The notes under the pieces were generated by a model. The model saw only the letters and a program-made list of their open reading frames with translations, was not told where the DNA came from and searched no databases. A stretch of 64,000 bases of DNA from Octopus vulgaris. Lineage: Eukaryota. Below are positions 24,491 through 37,878 of this stretch, piece by piece. The translations under genes were made by a program, and so were the position numbers. The stretch spans positions 38,068,001 to 38,132,000 of the forward strand of contig OX597817.1 in NCBI GenBank assembly GCA_951406725.2. Direction: 5' to 3'. Positions within the stretch are counted from its first letter, which is position 1; each line of letters begins with the position of its first letter.

Positions 24491-25278
24491 AGAACACTAA
24501 CAATATTAATAGGATATGTTGTCGCTCATAGACTCGTACCCTTTACATCAATTCACATGTCGCAAGTTATACTCTTACAATTGAACAGCAGTGGATAACT
24601 ACTTAATACATGTTGATACCATTAAACTTCCAATTACCGTTTATTTCTTATAATTGTGGAAGATATTACACTTATGATTATTAACTACCGTAAAGTTTTA
24701 ACAACTTTATATTGCTATGCAGTATGGTGTTGTTGCTAAAATCATTCAATACCTTCTGTAGTAATGATTGGCCCCTGAACAAAAATTATCTCTATTTAAT
24801 AATAGCTGCTATAACTGTTGGTTGGTTGGCTGGCTGGTTGGTTGACTGATTTCTCGTCACGCTTTACATCAGAGACAGTGATAGAGAGAGAGAGAGAGGG
24901 GGTGAGAAAGAGAAAGAGAGAAGGGAGAGAGTAAAAGAGAGATCAGAGAGAGTTAACATAATAGGTACAGAACAAATGCACATAGTAGGCTTATTTTTAA
25001 TGAAATTTTGCAGAGATAAGTTTTCTATAGAGCAGACAGCCAATATGTTGATGAAATTTAGAAAACTAATAACATATATTTATTGCATATACAAATGAGA
25101 AATTTCTTTTATTTAACTGTATTTTAAGATAATAAATATTTTTCTTTTGAAAATGTGTCACGAGCAAAATCTACAAGTGCACTTTACCCTCATTGGTTTT
25201 CATTGAACTAACAAAATCCTTTTACCTTAAACAGATGGACTGTTTAACATATTACCATTCATTACTTGCCCAACTATG

Positions 25279-25512
25279 AAGGCGGCGAGCTGGCAGAAAC
25301 GTTAGCACGCCGGGCGAAATGCGTAGCCGTATTTCGTCTGCCATTACGTTCTGAGTTCAAATTCCGCTGAGGTCGACTTTGCCTTTCATCCTTTCGGGGT
25401 CGATTAAATAAGTACCAGTTACGCACTGGGGTCGATGTAATCGACTTAATCCGTTTGTCTGTCCTTGTTTGTTCCTTCTATGTTTAGCTCCTTGTGGCTA
25501 GTAAAGAAATAA
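25279..25512 (+). mobile_element. SINE family A, full-length
   Basis: aaggcggcgagctggcagaaacgttagcacg...gtaaagaaata. Confidence 0.93.
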
Positions 25513-26189
25513 ATATTGTTAGTGTTCTCAAATATCAACGTAGCAAATCCACGCATAGCTTTTTGTTGGTCTTCGACGTTTCTCTTTCACGTTTCGTTGA
25601 CATGCGTTCGTCTCACGTTTGCTTCCGTGTTGCAAGCCATCGGAAGCAGTGCTTCCTGAGAAGTTCACTCCCGACTCGTAAAATGTTGTTCTCTTTGCCT
25701 TTGAGTATTTAATGCATTCATTTTCTCTGCTCTTGTTCAATGCTTACTTATTAAGTGCTTACCATACGCCACTCAAAGCGTGTGTTGATTAATGCCTAAC
25801 CTCTTTTCCCGTTGTTTCCTTTCTTCTAAAATAGAGCTTGACTATATTATTTCTTTGGAAACTACAAGATGATCTCAGGATTTTGCATATTTTGATATTA
25901 ATTGGCACGATTTCCTCCCTAATTTAGTCACATGTCTAAACTGTTGGTGCTATTTAAAGTATCGAGAAAGGGTTTTGTTGTAAGAGGAAATTACATTTGG
26001 TAAATACAATGCCGTTGTACATGACATTGGCAAAGTATTCATTCGTGTCTGGTATGGTCTTGTTTTAGCTAAATTCCGTCTGTGGTCTACACTTCTCCCT
26101 CATTTTGGATTATAGAATTTCTAACTACTACATCAATGCACCATCGTAACTTCTGATCTTCTAAATTAGTGAACTTAAATTCCACAGGT

Positions 26190-26945
26190 ACAAGACATAC
26201 AAGGGAGCTGTCGGCAAGGATCTCGGTCTACATTTACTGTAGATCTAAACGACAGGAAAAAAGACGACTGACATGGTCAGATAAATAAGAAAACTACTCG
26301 ATATAGACTTCAAACATTTACTGCAGTTTCGAGAAAGCAGCACCACAGGATGAGATTTCATATTTGGTACAAAATTTCAACATTTTAAAGAACAACACTC
26401 ACCGATATATTTAAAACAACCATAGAAGCCCACGTTGATACACCAAACATAGCAAGAAGCTATCTCGCAGTCATTTATAAAAATACTGAGAAATACAGGC
26501 CTAATTCTTAACGAAACATCATGTGTACGCTTTCTACAGTCTGCTTAAATCAGTCCATTCAAGACCATTGCACGGTAAATGATAGTAACCGATGAACAGG
26601 CAGATGGAATATGGGAGTATAGGGGGTTGTGCCAAGCAGTAATTAATAGAGCTGTACTGCCTGAAGTGAAACATATAGCCCTCAGAAACCTTATATCAGT
26701 ATGGCTTGATTACAGAAAAGTCGTTTAACTCTCTCTTGGCTGCTAGAATCATTGTATTTTACAAAAGTGCTCGCTACCCTAGTTGCAGCTATTCAAATGC
26801 TTACAAAGACTGGGTCAAACATCCTAGCCCCCGTAACTGAAAGAACAACCATACAATTGTCTCTGGTGGCATAGATATTTCGAAAGGAATATTCAAGGAG
26901 ACAGTCTGTCTGTTAGTTATTCTATTCACTTTATTATTAAAACTG
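26190..26945 (+). pseudogene. R4/Dong-like LINE RT remnant (partly duplicated at 28365-28885)
   Basis: DEQADG, NLISVWLDYRK and frameshifted KGI.QGDSLS motifs. Confidence 0.7.
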
Positions 26946-27448
26946 GTGCAATTTTTTTGTTGTTGCAAAAAAAGAAAAATAATTCGTCTGGAGAGGCAGA
27001 CTTGGTGTGTTCAACTGTCTCACTGTACAGGCTGCATGTCTGCATTTGCTGCTTTTTACAACAGCAAGATCAAAATAATTTATGTATTCACGATCTTAAG
27101 GTCTGCACTGGATGTGTGTGTGTGTGTGTGCGCGCGGCACTTCTGTGTGTGTCTGTATGTGTGTGTGTGTGTGTACGTATGTATTAGCAATAGAAGCAGC
27201 CTTTGTAATGAATATTAACTTGTACATCCAACTTAACATGGATGTGCTGTGCAAATATGCCATGAGCTGCAGGAATCGTCCTGAAAAATCATCTAGTATG
27301 GACGTTAAGTGCTAATAAAGCACAAATTACATCAGTAAGCGAAATTTTATTAACAAGGCGGACGGGCCTGTTTGTATCACGTGACTTCAGCGTAATTTGT
27401 GCCTCATCAACAAGAGGTAATCTACCACTGATTGCCAGACTGAAATTC

Positions 27449-27641
27449 CGTCAAACCGATGTATTTTAAAATGGATTAAACTGACAGCGATGTCGCAAAA
27501 AGCTGGTGGGTTATATATATAAATTAGACATCAGCAATGGAAGTAGCCTTTCCGTCGCTAATAGCTAATTTATAGACAACCCACCAGCTTTTTGCGACAT
27601 CTCTGATTGTTTAGGCAGTGTTAAACTATATCGGTTTGACG
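27449..27641. repeat. imperfect palindrome of about 190 bp (MITE-like hairpin); second copy at 29388-29580
   Basis: cgtcaaaccgat/atcggtttgacg and gatgtcgcaaaaagctggtgggtt/aacccaccagctttttgcgacatc. Confidence 0.85.
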
Positions 27642-27931
27642 AACCAAACATCTAACGTAAGACATATTCTGCTTCTATATATGATCACTAGGAAATTCTT
27701 TAGTAAGGATTTGACAACCTAGTCTCTTTAAAAAGGGTAGAAACAAAAACCTTGCGTATATTAAGAAATTAACTTTCTACCTCAACATCCCGTGAACAAT
27801 AAACAACTAAACCTTCAAAAGTTGCGACAAAATCTCTGAGGATCACGCATATGACATTGCCAAACCATGAAGACTAAGAGAGGAAATATTTCATCTTTGA
27901 CATCCTGCTGATGCTACATAAAGCTCAATTA

Positions 27932-27980
<49 letters not shown>

Positions 27981-27981
<1 letters not shown>

Positions 27982-28364
27982 TAGCAGTATCGCCCGGCGT
28001 TGCTCAGGTTTGTAAGGGAAATAACTATAAAGCATTTTTAGAGAGTTATAGCCAAAAAATAGCAAAAAAATGGAAAAAAAATGATGGTAAATTTTTTTGA
28101 GAGTTAAAAAAGGTAGAGTTGCGTCCCCTAGACGGTCTGTGGTTTGGGTTTCTAATTCTCGACCCCATGTCGAATTTATCGATTTTTTTCAGAACTGGGG
28201 GAACTTTTCAAAATTTTCGCTGCGTTAGTTTTGAATTATGACATTGGGCTATGTGTGTGTCAAGTTTCATCAGAATCGGTTGAAAGCCGTGGTCAGAGTG
28301 AGGGTACGAGAAAACAGATACACAGAAACACGCACAGACAAACTGCCGTTTATATAGAGAGAGA
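27981..28364 (-). mobile_element. non-autonomous Helitron, copy 1
   Basis: Minus strand A|TCTCTCTCTATATAAACGGCAG... ends cctgagcaacgccggg (hairpin) cgatactgCTAG|T. Confidence 0.88.
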
Positions 28365-29870
28365 TAGAAGCCCACGTTGATACACCAAACATAGCAAGAA
28401 GCTATCTCGCAGTCATTTATAAAAATACTGAGAAATACAGGCCTAATTCTTAACGAAACATCATGTGTACGCTTTCTACAGTCTGCTTAAATCAGTCCAT
28501 TCAAGACCATTGCACGGTAAATGATAGTAACCGATGAACAGGCAGATGGAATATGGGAGTATAGGGGGTTGTGCCAAGCAGTAATTAATAGAGCTGTACT
28601 GCCTGAAGTGAAACATATAGCCCTCAGAAACCTTATATCAGTATGGCTTGATTACAGAAAAGTCGTTTAACTCTCTCTTGGCTGCTAGAATCATTGTATT
28701 TTACAAAAGTGCTCGCTACCCTAGTTGCAGCTATTCAAATGCTTACAAAGACTGGGTCAAACATCCTAGCCCCCGTAACTGAAAGAACAACCATACAATT
28801 GTCTCTGGTGGCATAGATATTTCGAAAGGAATATTCAAGGAGACAGTCTGTCTGTTAGTTATTCTATTCACTTTATTATTAAAACTGGTGCAATTTTTTT
28901 GTTGTTGCAAAAAAAGAAAAATAATTCGTCTGGAGAGGCAGACTTGGTGTGTTCAACTGTCTCACTGTACAGGCTGCATGTCTGCATTTGCTGCTTTTAC
29001 AACAGCAAGATCAAAATAATTTATGTATTCACGATCTTAAGGTCTGCACTGGATGTGTGTGTGTGTGTGTGCGCGCGGCACTTCTGTGTGTGTCTGTATG
29101 TGTGTGTGTGTGTACGTATGTATTAGCAATAGAAGCAGCCTTTGTAATGAATATTAACTTGTACATCCAACTTAACATGGATGTGCTGTGCAAATATGCC
29201 ATGAGCTGCAGGAATCGTCCTGAAAAATCATCTAGTATGGACGTTAAGTGCTAATAAAGCACAAATTACATCAGTAAGCGAAATTTTATTAACAAGGCGG
29301 ACGGGCCTGTTTGTATCACGTGACTTCAGCGTAATTTGTGCCTCATCAACAAGAGGTAATCTACCACTGATTGCCAGACTGAAATTCCGTCAAACCGATG
29401 TATTTTAAAATGGATTAAACTGACAGCGATGTCGCAAAAAGCTGGTGGGTTATATATATAAATTAGACATCAGCAATGGAAGTAGCCTTTCCGTCGCTAA
29501 TAGCTAATTTATAGACAACCCACCAGCTTTTTGCGACATCTCTGATTGTTTAGGCAGTGTTAAACTATATCGGTTTGACGAACCAAACATCTAACGTAAG
29601 ACATATTCTGCTTCTATATATGATCACTAGGAAATTCTTTAGTAAGGATTTGACAACCTAGTCTCTTTAAAAAGGGTAGAAACAAAAACCTTGCGTATAT
29701 TAAGAAATTAACTTTCTACCTCAACATCCCGTGAACAATAAACAACTAAACCTTCAAAAGTTGCGACAAAATCTCTGAGGATCACGCATATGACATTGCC
29801 AAACCATGAAGACTAAGAGAGGAAATATTTCATCTTTGACATCCTGCTGATGCTACATAAAGCTCAATTA

Positions 29871-29925
<55 letters not shown>

Positions 29926-29926
<1 letters not shown>

Positions 29927-30308
29927 TAGCAGTATCGCCCGGCGTTGCTCAGGTTTGTAAGGGAAATAACTATAAAGCATTTTTAGAGAGTTATAGCCAA
30001 AAAATAGCAAAAAAATGGAAAAAAAATGATGGTAAATTTTTTTGAGAGTTAAAAAGGTAGAGTTGCGTCCCCTAGACGGTCTGTGGTTTGGGTTTCTAAT
30101 TCTCGACCCCATGTCGAATTTATCGATTTTTTTCAGAACTGGGGGAACTTTTCAAAATTTTCGCTGCGTTAGTTTTGAATTATGACATTGGGCTATGTGT
30201 GTGTCAAGTTTCATCAGAATCGGTTGAAAGCCGTGGTCAGAGTGAGGGTACGAGAAAACAGATACACAGAAACACGCACAGACAAACTGCCGTTTATATA
30301 GAGAGAGA
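29926..30308 (-). mobile_element. non-autonomous Helitron, copy 2 ((TA)n on both sides)
   Basis: Same TC...hairpin-CTAG termini, inserted at A|T. Confidence 0.88.
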
Positions 30309-32370
30309 TATATATATGGGAATATTACTCTCATACAAACATCAAAGTGTGAATTTGACAGATTTGTAATGATTTAATCACTAATACGCTACAACACCTA
30401 ACGTAGGTATCGATAAAAGAACATCTATATGTTTGCTCGACTTAAAAATAACAACCAAATTTCCTTCAAATCACAAGCTTCAGTCTTAGAAAAACAAAGG
30501 TACATAGAGAAATGTAGTTCTAAATACCTTGTATCTAAATAAAAGACAAAATGGTTACACCTGGAATGTTTTTGATCATGGGTCTGCTCAGTGATACTTA
30601 ACCTGGCCTAAGCTACAACAACAATAACAACGACAGTATCAATCTGAGAGATACGCTGTTTCTATCACCGTTGAGCTAGTTAGTTTATTACATGCAAGTA
30701 TGGTCGAGTGTTTATGAAATTCGCTTTGCCAATTATGAAATTCTGGATTTGATATCATTGCGTGTTATCTTCGGTAAGTTTCTTTTATCATCGCCTCAAA
30801 TGGAATCAAACCATAGGAGTGAAAATGGAAAGACGGAATTTGCTCCATCAAGCCTAAACAACCTCTGAGACCGTGTACATGTTTTAGCCACAACACATGC
30901 TCGAGTAACTAACTGCATTAAAGTTAAACAATCTAAGGGAGCATGTACGTGTTATGCCTACTGTCTTCTCTCGATTGGCTAACTGTATCATGGGGAAACG
31001 GTCTTTATGGACACGCACATATCGTGGTAACTACTCATTTTTGAGCGGCTAACTGCGTCAAGGTCAAGGAATCTGGGAGAACCTGTACGCTTCATGGGCT
31101 CTGCCCCTTCTTGGTTGATTGACTATATCAAAGTCAAAACAGTCTGTAAGAATCTGGATGTGTCATGACCATTGCCTTTTCTCGATTGGTTAACAAATAA
31201 AAAAGAAATAAATAAATAAACATCTCAATCTTCTTACATCTACGTACTGGTGACTTAGAGAGTCATTTGATACATCAAGTGAATGTTTGATCAAGATGTA
31301 CATTCCACGAATGAATGCTGTCAAAGGTAATAGATTAACAACCGCAGTCATCACCACCACCACTACCACAGTAACAATAATAACGTCTTGTCTGCTACAA
31401 GGACTACGAATGAAAGAAACATTATAAGGAAAAATGATAAAACATTGGGGTTTATGCAGAATCAATTATGCAAAGAAAAAACAAAAGTGAAGAAAAGCAA
31501 GAGGCACGACAAACAAAAGTATACATAAGTCACGAAATGAGATGTCCCAATCATAGAGGGAGAAGCCATCTAAGGCCAAGCAATGGACACTGCAGATTAA
31601 AAAATTGATCTATCAAAGGCAAGTGCCCTCTCCCATTGTGTTATTCGGCCCACTGTCCATCCTCGCTTCTTTTATCCACCTCCTCCCGCCCCTTCTCCTT
31701 ATGGAATTCAAACAAATTGATGAGGTTTTGACCAAAGAGGAAACTGTCTTTCTTCAGACCCTCGATCTTGTCCACCATGCAATCGTTTTCCCTAAAGCCA
31801 CTGGATAGGAAAAAAAGACATTTTGCAATTTCCGATCAAAGACAGACGACAGGGAAATCCTCGAAATGGATTCGAGTTTGGCAACCGGCATTTTTATGCC
31901 AGTAGAACTTGTCCCGAACAGATAATACCGATTCTCTGTAAAACCAACTCACAACCAGATCAAGGACTTCAAGAGATTGTCCAATATCCCCTAACTGAAA
32001 GCAGTGGTGTAGTGTGGTGTGTGCGGATTGGAAAGGACCGCCACCTTGTATACATGTGTTTGCTGTAGTCAAAGGTACGTTGCAGTGAAGGAAGACGACA
32101 ACCAATTTAGTTACTACACAGAGCGGCCAAAACACGCGTTACGTCCACCAGAAGAGAGTGCTCAAACGACGTTGTCGTCTTTCATAACCATTCCGAGTTA
32201 TTCGTCGCTCAGTTACAACACTGATTCTCTTTTCAGTTGATCTCACTGCCCAGCTAACAGAGTGCTGTGAGCACCAGGCAACATTTCAGATATCAAACGC
32301 TCTGCCTTAGTCAGCGCATGTCGTTTTGCTTAGAAATTTAAGACTAAGACACAAATACTTCCGAATAAAA

Positions 32371-32657
32371 CAATGGTTCCCAAAGTGGGCGGTACCGACC
32401 CCACCCCGCTCTAGGGGCTGTGGGAAGACTCAGAGAGGTGTTGAAGAAAATGGGATGACCAAAACGGAGCAATGAATGTAAAAAACAAACAAAAAAATAA
32501 TGGGTAAATTAGGTTAAGTTTTATTTGTGAAATATTGTTGTTTTGAATTTGCTGCAGTAAATGGTCTATGTCTGTGATGATGGTGGTAGTGGGGGCACTA
32601 AGAATGTGACCTGGGAACCAAGGGGGGCGGCAGCCTGAAAAAGTTTCGGAACCAATG
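32371..32657. mobile_element. hAT (Charlie-like) MITE
   Basis: TIRs caatggttcccaaa / tttcggaaccaatg and 8-bp TSD GAATAAAA (32363-32370, 32658-32665). Confidence 0.9.
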
Positions 32658-34503
32658 GAATAAAATTATGGAATGGGTTGCTTAGTCCTGATTTCCTACC
32701 TTCGAAGATCTTGAAGAGAAGAAGAAGAAGAAGAAGAAGAAGAAGAAGAAGAAGAAGAAGAAGAAGAAGAAGAAGGCTTGGTGGCTTGGTGGCTTTAGCG
32801 GCGGAAGAAGAAGAAGAAGAAGAAGAAGAAGAAGGCTTGGTGGCTTTAGCGGCGGTAGTTTTTGCAATCACGCCGTTGTGTCGCCAGTGTATGAACCACA
32901 AGGCACCAACCTCAGCGGACGACTAAACTATTGAGTCCTCCTGTCACTTTCCTTATCACCCCCCTCCCCCAAACCTCATAACCGCATCACAATTACTACC
33001 TCCACCACCACCACCATCATCATCATCACAACTACTACCAGCAGCACCACTACCAACACCATCACCTGAGCTCGACCCAAATCATAACTGCGTCTTGTGT
33101 CACACCGGAACGGAGACGTTAGACAGAACCCCCGCCGGTGTATGTCAGCAGGGTAATCCAAGAACAACAGGTTTTGTTGTGAACAAACAGCTATCTGTTT
33201 GCCAGGTAACCTGTAAACCTATCAATTCTCCGCCGTCTTCACTCTCACCCTCGCCGTCACCCCAACATACTTTCTACGTTTTTGTTTGCTTTGTTTTATG
33301 AATCTGTTTTATTTATTTATTTGTGTATTTGTGTGTTTATTTGTGTATTTTTTTCATTTCTTCTTACCAACCCCGTTCACCCAACTCACCTTCTCCCACC
33401 CATCGTAAAACACATTGTCTGCCATCTTACCAGAATACAATGGATGTACTTAACATTGAAGAATGCAACCAAAGCTTTTTGTGTATGTATATATACACAT
33501 AGACACACACTCACACATTGATAACACCTGCATATAAGTGTGTGTGTGAGTGCGTGTGTGTGCGCGCGTGCGTGTGTGTATGCGTGCGTCTCTGTGCGTC
33601 ACTGTGTATGTGCATATGCATATGTGTATATATATGTATGTGCGCATGTATGTGACTATGCGTGTGAGTGCATGAATATATGTCTGAAGAATGCAAGTTC
33701 GGCCGGCTGGGAGATAAGTTCTCTTTGCAATTGAGCTGTCTTGGGCTCGATTCTTTAGCGAAGCATGTTTAGGCGTCTTTTATCGACTCAAGTCCGGTTA
33801 TCGAAATTGGCAGATGGAAACTGTGAAGAAACCTGAAGGACGGACTGTGCTTATTAATTCAAAGGGTTGACCTTATTGTAGTGTCATATTGATTCTGTCT
33901 GAAAATTACTCTAAAGATACAAGTGTCTATGGAACACCCAGCCACTTACACTATGATTTAATGAATGAATGCTCCTATTTATCTGACAAGTGGAATATTT
34001 ATCATAGAAACCGACGGAGACCCACGTAACTTTTTTTTATGTTATATAAAAAATATGTATGTATAAAGATGAAAAGGAATGAAGAGAAGGGTGGGTGATG
34101 TGGGTGTATATATGTTCGTTCCTGGTTTATATTTTACGAATTTCTCAGTAATTGAGAATCAGCCGGTTTCTAGCCTAGAAACAAGACCCTTTCTTTGGAA
34201 TTTAGGCATCAACAGAGTAGGAATTAATGTATAACTTAAACAAAAGCGAGATAAGAGGAATAGCTCAGAGTGGCCAGTGACATGCTTATGAACATCATAG
34301 ATAAATACAAGTATATAAAATACTCTACAAAATAAAATGTTAAATTAATTACAATCATCTCCACCTCTAGAAGATGCGTCATAATGGTAGCAGAGAACAG
34401 CTGCATATGAGAAGCGGGAATATTCCCAATAATCAAGAATTCTTCAACGTTGACATGCCATTAAAGAAAAGGGACAGCTTTATTGATTGGAGATAAGAGG
34501 GCA

Positions 34504-34548
34504 GTTATGGACATGTGTTTCTGTTTCAATAGGCTTCATCAGCATGGC
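34504..34548 (-). ncRNA. degenerate hammerhead motif in a Penelope-like remnant
   Basis: catg-CTGATGA-agcctattgaaaca-GAAA-cacatg-TC-cat; stem II damaged. Confidence 0.5.
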
Positions 34549-34957
34549 CTCTCTCCAGCAGCCAAGAGGTGTAGACGTATGCGAAAAGAGTGGAATATAT
34601 GTATGGCCTAAGGGATTCGAATAATTAAAGCAAAAAACGAGCAATGAGATTTTAATTCAGAGTGGCCAAGGATGTATATATGCATGCGAGTATCTATTTA
34701 TGCGCCCACATATATGCATATGCGTGCATATATACATGTGTGCACATGCACACATGAATGCAGGATGGAGGGCATTACTTTACATAGATTCCATTACATG
34801 CTAAACCTCTTGAATGTTTTACATGTTTTGACATCACGACTGATGGCTTGCAGCTGCAGACTCTTGTTTGGCTGTGTTTTTTCTGGTTTTGTAAAACCTA
34901 ACTTCTCAAGATTGGTCGCGAGGCAGTTAATCAAGTAATCATGTTCCACAATAGCTG

Positions 34958-35312
34958 TATGTATGTATGTATGTATGTATGTATGTATGTATGTATGTAT
35001 GTATGTATGTATGTATGTATGTATGTATGTATGTATGTATGTATGTATGTATGCATGCATGTATGTATGTATGTATGTATGTATGCATGTATGTATGTAT
35101 GTATGTATGTATGCATGTATGTATGTATGCATGTATGTATGTATGTATGCATGTATGTATGTATGCATGTATGTATGTATGTATGTATGTATGTATGTAT
35201 GTATGTATGCATGCATATATGTATGTATGTATGTATGCATGCATGTATGTATTTATGTATGCATGTATGTATGTATGCATGTATGTATGTATGCATGTAT
35301 GTATGCATGTAT
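34958..35312. repeat. (TATG)n/(TGCA) compound microsatellite
   Basis: Direct reading; representative of dozens of (TA), (TG), (TATG), (TCTA) and (TTA) tracts. Confidence 0.98.
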
Positions 35313-35499
35313 GTTTGAGGCATGCATGCATATATATATATGTATGTTCTCTTTCTTTGAGTTTTATTGAAGTTCTTAAGAGAGTTCAAGCCGGTCACTA
35401 ACAAAATGACTAGACTTTTTGAGTTAAGAGAGTTTTTGGTGTTTGTAAATATGTAGCTGAGTTGGTGCGTTGGTTGAGCGCTTGATGCACAGACCCAAG

Positions 35500-36330
35500 T
35501 ACTTGCATCGATTCACCTAAAGAATCTCAGATAGAAAATCTTTTGGAACGTCTTATAAACCTTCACCGTGCCGCTAATAGATTGGATTTGGAGAATCCGC
35601 ATCTTCGAAAAACCTAGTATTTCTAGGTTTTTATGTGAATTTGTTGGTACATAACCTTCTGCACATATGGTCATAGGTACAAATTAGAATTTATAGTCAG
35701 GATTATAAGTTCCGCATTAAGTGCCCTTTTCCTGGACCTTTGATCATACATTCACATCCGCTGGGCAACTGACCTCAACAACATTGCGTGAATTTTGCTA
35801 ACGTCCCACGGAACAATATCCAGTCTATTATGTTTGTATCGAATAACTGTTTTTATTGGAGTGTTCCACCAGTATTCCTTGCTTTTAAAGGTGTGAATAC
35901 ACGCTAGTTCTAACATGCCTTTGATGCATACGCCAAGGTAATCCTTCCTGCAGCTAACATTGCAAATAGCCTTTGCAAATATATCATGTCTCAGGGGCAC
36001 GTAATATCTCGTAGACATTTTGGGGCAGATACTGATGATGTGGGTTATAACTTCCACACTGGTATAGCAGAAGCGACAACGTGGAGGTTTGGTGGCATAT
36101 TTGTTCCTCTTGTTTATCCGGCATATCATGGCTATCTCTTGTTCCCGGATAGCTAAGGCATATTCTTCTAGGTGAAATGTAATGTATCTATCACAGGTCC
36201 AGGAGAGGCTACTCTTCTTGTCAATGCTGCCAATGCCCTCTGCTAACGGGATATGTACCTATGCATTGCTTTTAGCTGGTACGATGCTTGCTTCTCCTCC
36301 AAACTTCTGTTTAGGTAGGCCAGCCCAGCC
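35500..36330 (-). pseudogene. R4/Dong-like LINE zinc knuckle + restriction-like endonuclease fragment
   Basis: CRFCYTSVEVITHIISICPKMSTRYYVPLRHD...KEYWWN..KHNRLDIV. Confidence 0.85.
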
Positions 36331-36849
36331 TGTATGTATGTATGTATGTATGTATGTATGTATGTATGTATGTATGTATGTATGTACAAGGGATGCTGCA
36401 AAGCACCTGGTTTGGGGTTAAAAAAATACGGTGGGATTAGTTAACTTAACGAAGTTAAGAAACCGCACTTCGTGCAGCCTTTCGTGCTAGCTTCTGTAGA
36501 GGGCTAATTGGGCCTGCGGCCCAATACAAGAAAGAGCTAAATAGCATGACTATAAAACGTCTACAATGACTATAAGCTCCGGTGATGTTTTATCTGAAGT
36601 TAAGGATGGATGAGAATTTATTCTGTAATGTAATCATTCTATTGTTCCAGTCGCAAGTTGACTTAACAACTGTCGTCCAATTTATACCAATGTTCTTTTC
36701 TCGACGTAATATTAACAAAGGAAATGTTATTAATCTCCTCCTTGATCTCCTCCCTAAGATGGCGTAAATCGGCCAAATTTTACCTGCTAAAAATAACAGC
36801 CCAAATGCTTTTAAATCAAATGTCAATGCTGGATGTTCAAGAACCAGAT

Positions 36850-36978
36850 GAAGGGCCGATTTCAATCCCGGGATCAACCTGATTCCAAAACGGCATAATA
36901 TGCCTCCGCAGAGCAAATGTAGACTGAGATACAGAGATCTCAGACGGACAGACAGGACTTCGCTTTTATTAATATAGA
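36850..36978 (-). mobile_element. Helitron 5'-end fragment
   Basis: A|TCTATATTAATAAAAGCGAAGTCCTGTCTGTCCGTCTG, same style as the other Helitron 5' ends. Confidence 0.55.
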
Positions 36979-37222
36979 TATTCTTCTCTCAGATTCTCAC
37001 ACTTATTGAAGCGGTCCTTCAGTTTTCCTAAACCCTGTAAAAGAACCTTTTGCGATACCCTTAAAACCAGGAACTCTTCATCACTTTCTCGTATGTATAT
37101 GTGCTTTCGTATGTATACATTTTTGCACGTAATCATGTTTGAATGTGAGTGTGTGTGTGTGTGTGTGTGTGTATACCTGTGTGTATTTGTGTGTGCATGC
37201 GTATGCCGTGTGCCGTGTGTGT

Positions 37223-37264
<42 letters not shown>

Positions 37265-37712
37265 ACAGTATGTATATAAAATGTCTTTACACGTGACATG
37301 ATGTAATAGAATGCATACACGTGTATGAGTGGCGTGTCTGCATACGTATTAGGGTGGCGTGATATGTTATATAGATGGTATGACTATGACTGATGAGGAG
37401 AGGTAAAAGGTGAACAGCAGGAGAGAGAGAGAGAAGGAAGGAGGAAGAGAGAGAGGGAGGCAGGGAGGAAGAGAGAGAGAGAGAGCGGTGTTGTATGTCA
37501 GCTAGACAGACGGACAGAGCTGGGGTAAGGAGAGAGGTATTTTGGGTTAAGGTTTCATTTGAAGAAAATCAAACGGAGAAGAGAACTGAAAATATATTAT
37601 TGGAAAAGATGGTGGAATATATCTAAGAGTGCGGTTGTTGTTGTTTAACCTCAGCTTAGCCCTCATTGACCATACCTATTACAGAAGGCTTTCCAGCCGT
37701 ATGTCTGTCCGT

Positions 37713-37788
<76 letters not shown>

Positions 37789-37799
37789 ATATATATATC

Positions 37800-37878
<79 letters not shown>

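Larger units (their letters stand above)
26423..30308. repeat. near-identical tandem duplication, units 26423-28364 and 28365-30308
   Basis: Direct comparison; the only differences seen are homopolymer and microsatellite lengths. Confidence 0.97.

Noticed and set aside
25528-25740. Arg/Glu-rich minus-strand sequence reminiscent of a Helitron RepHel N-terminal repeat
   Set aside because: Too degenerate; no diagnostic motif or termini
31560-32370. Non-repetitive-looking block with short ORFs, possibly a DNA transposon or exons
   Set aside because: No recognisable protein motif, paired TIR or consistent splice pattern
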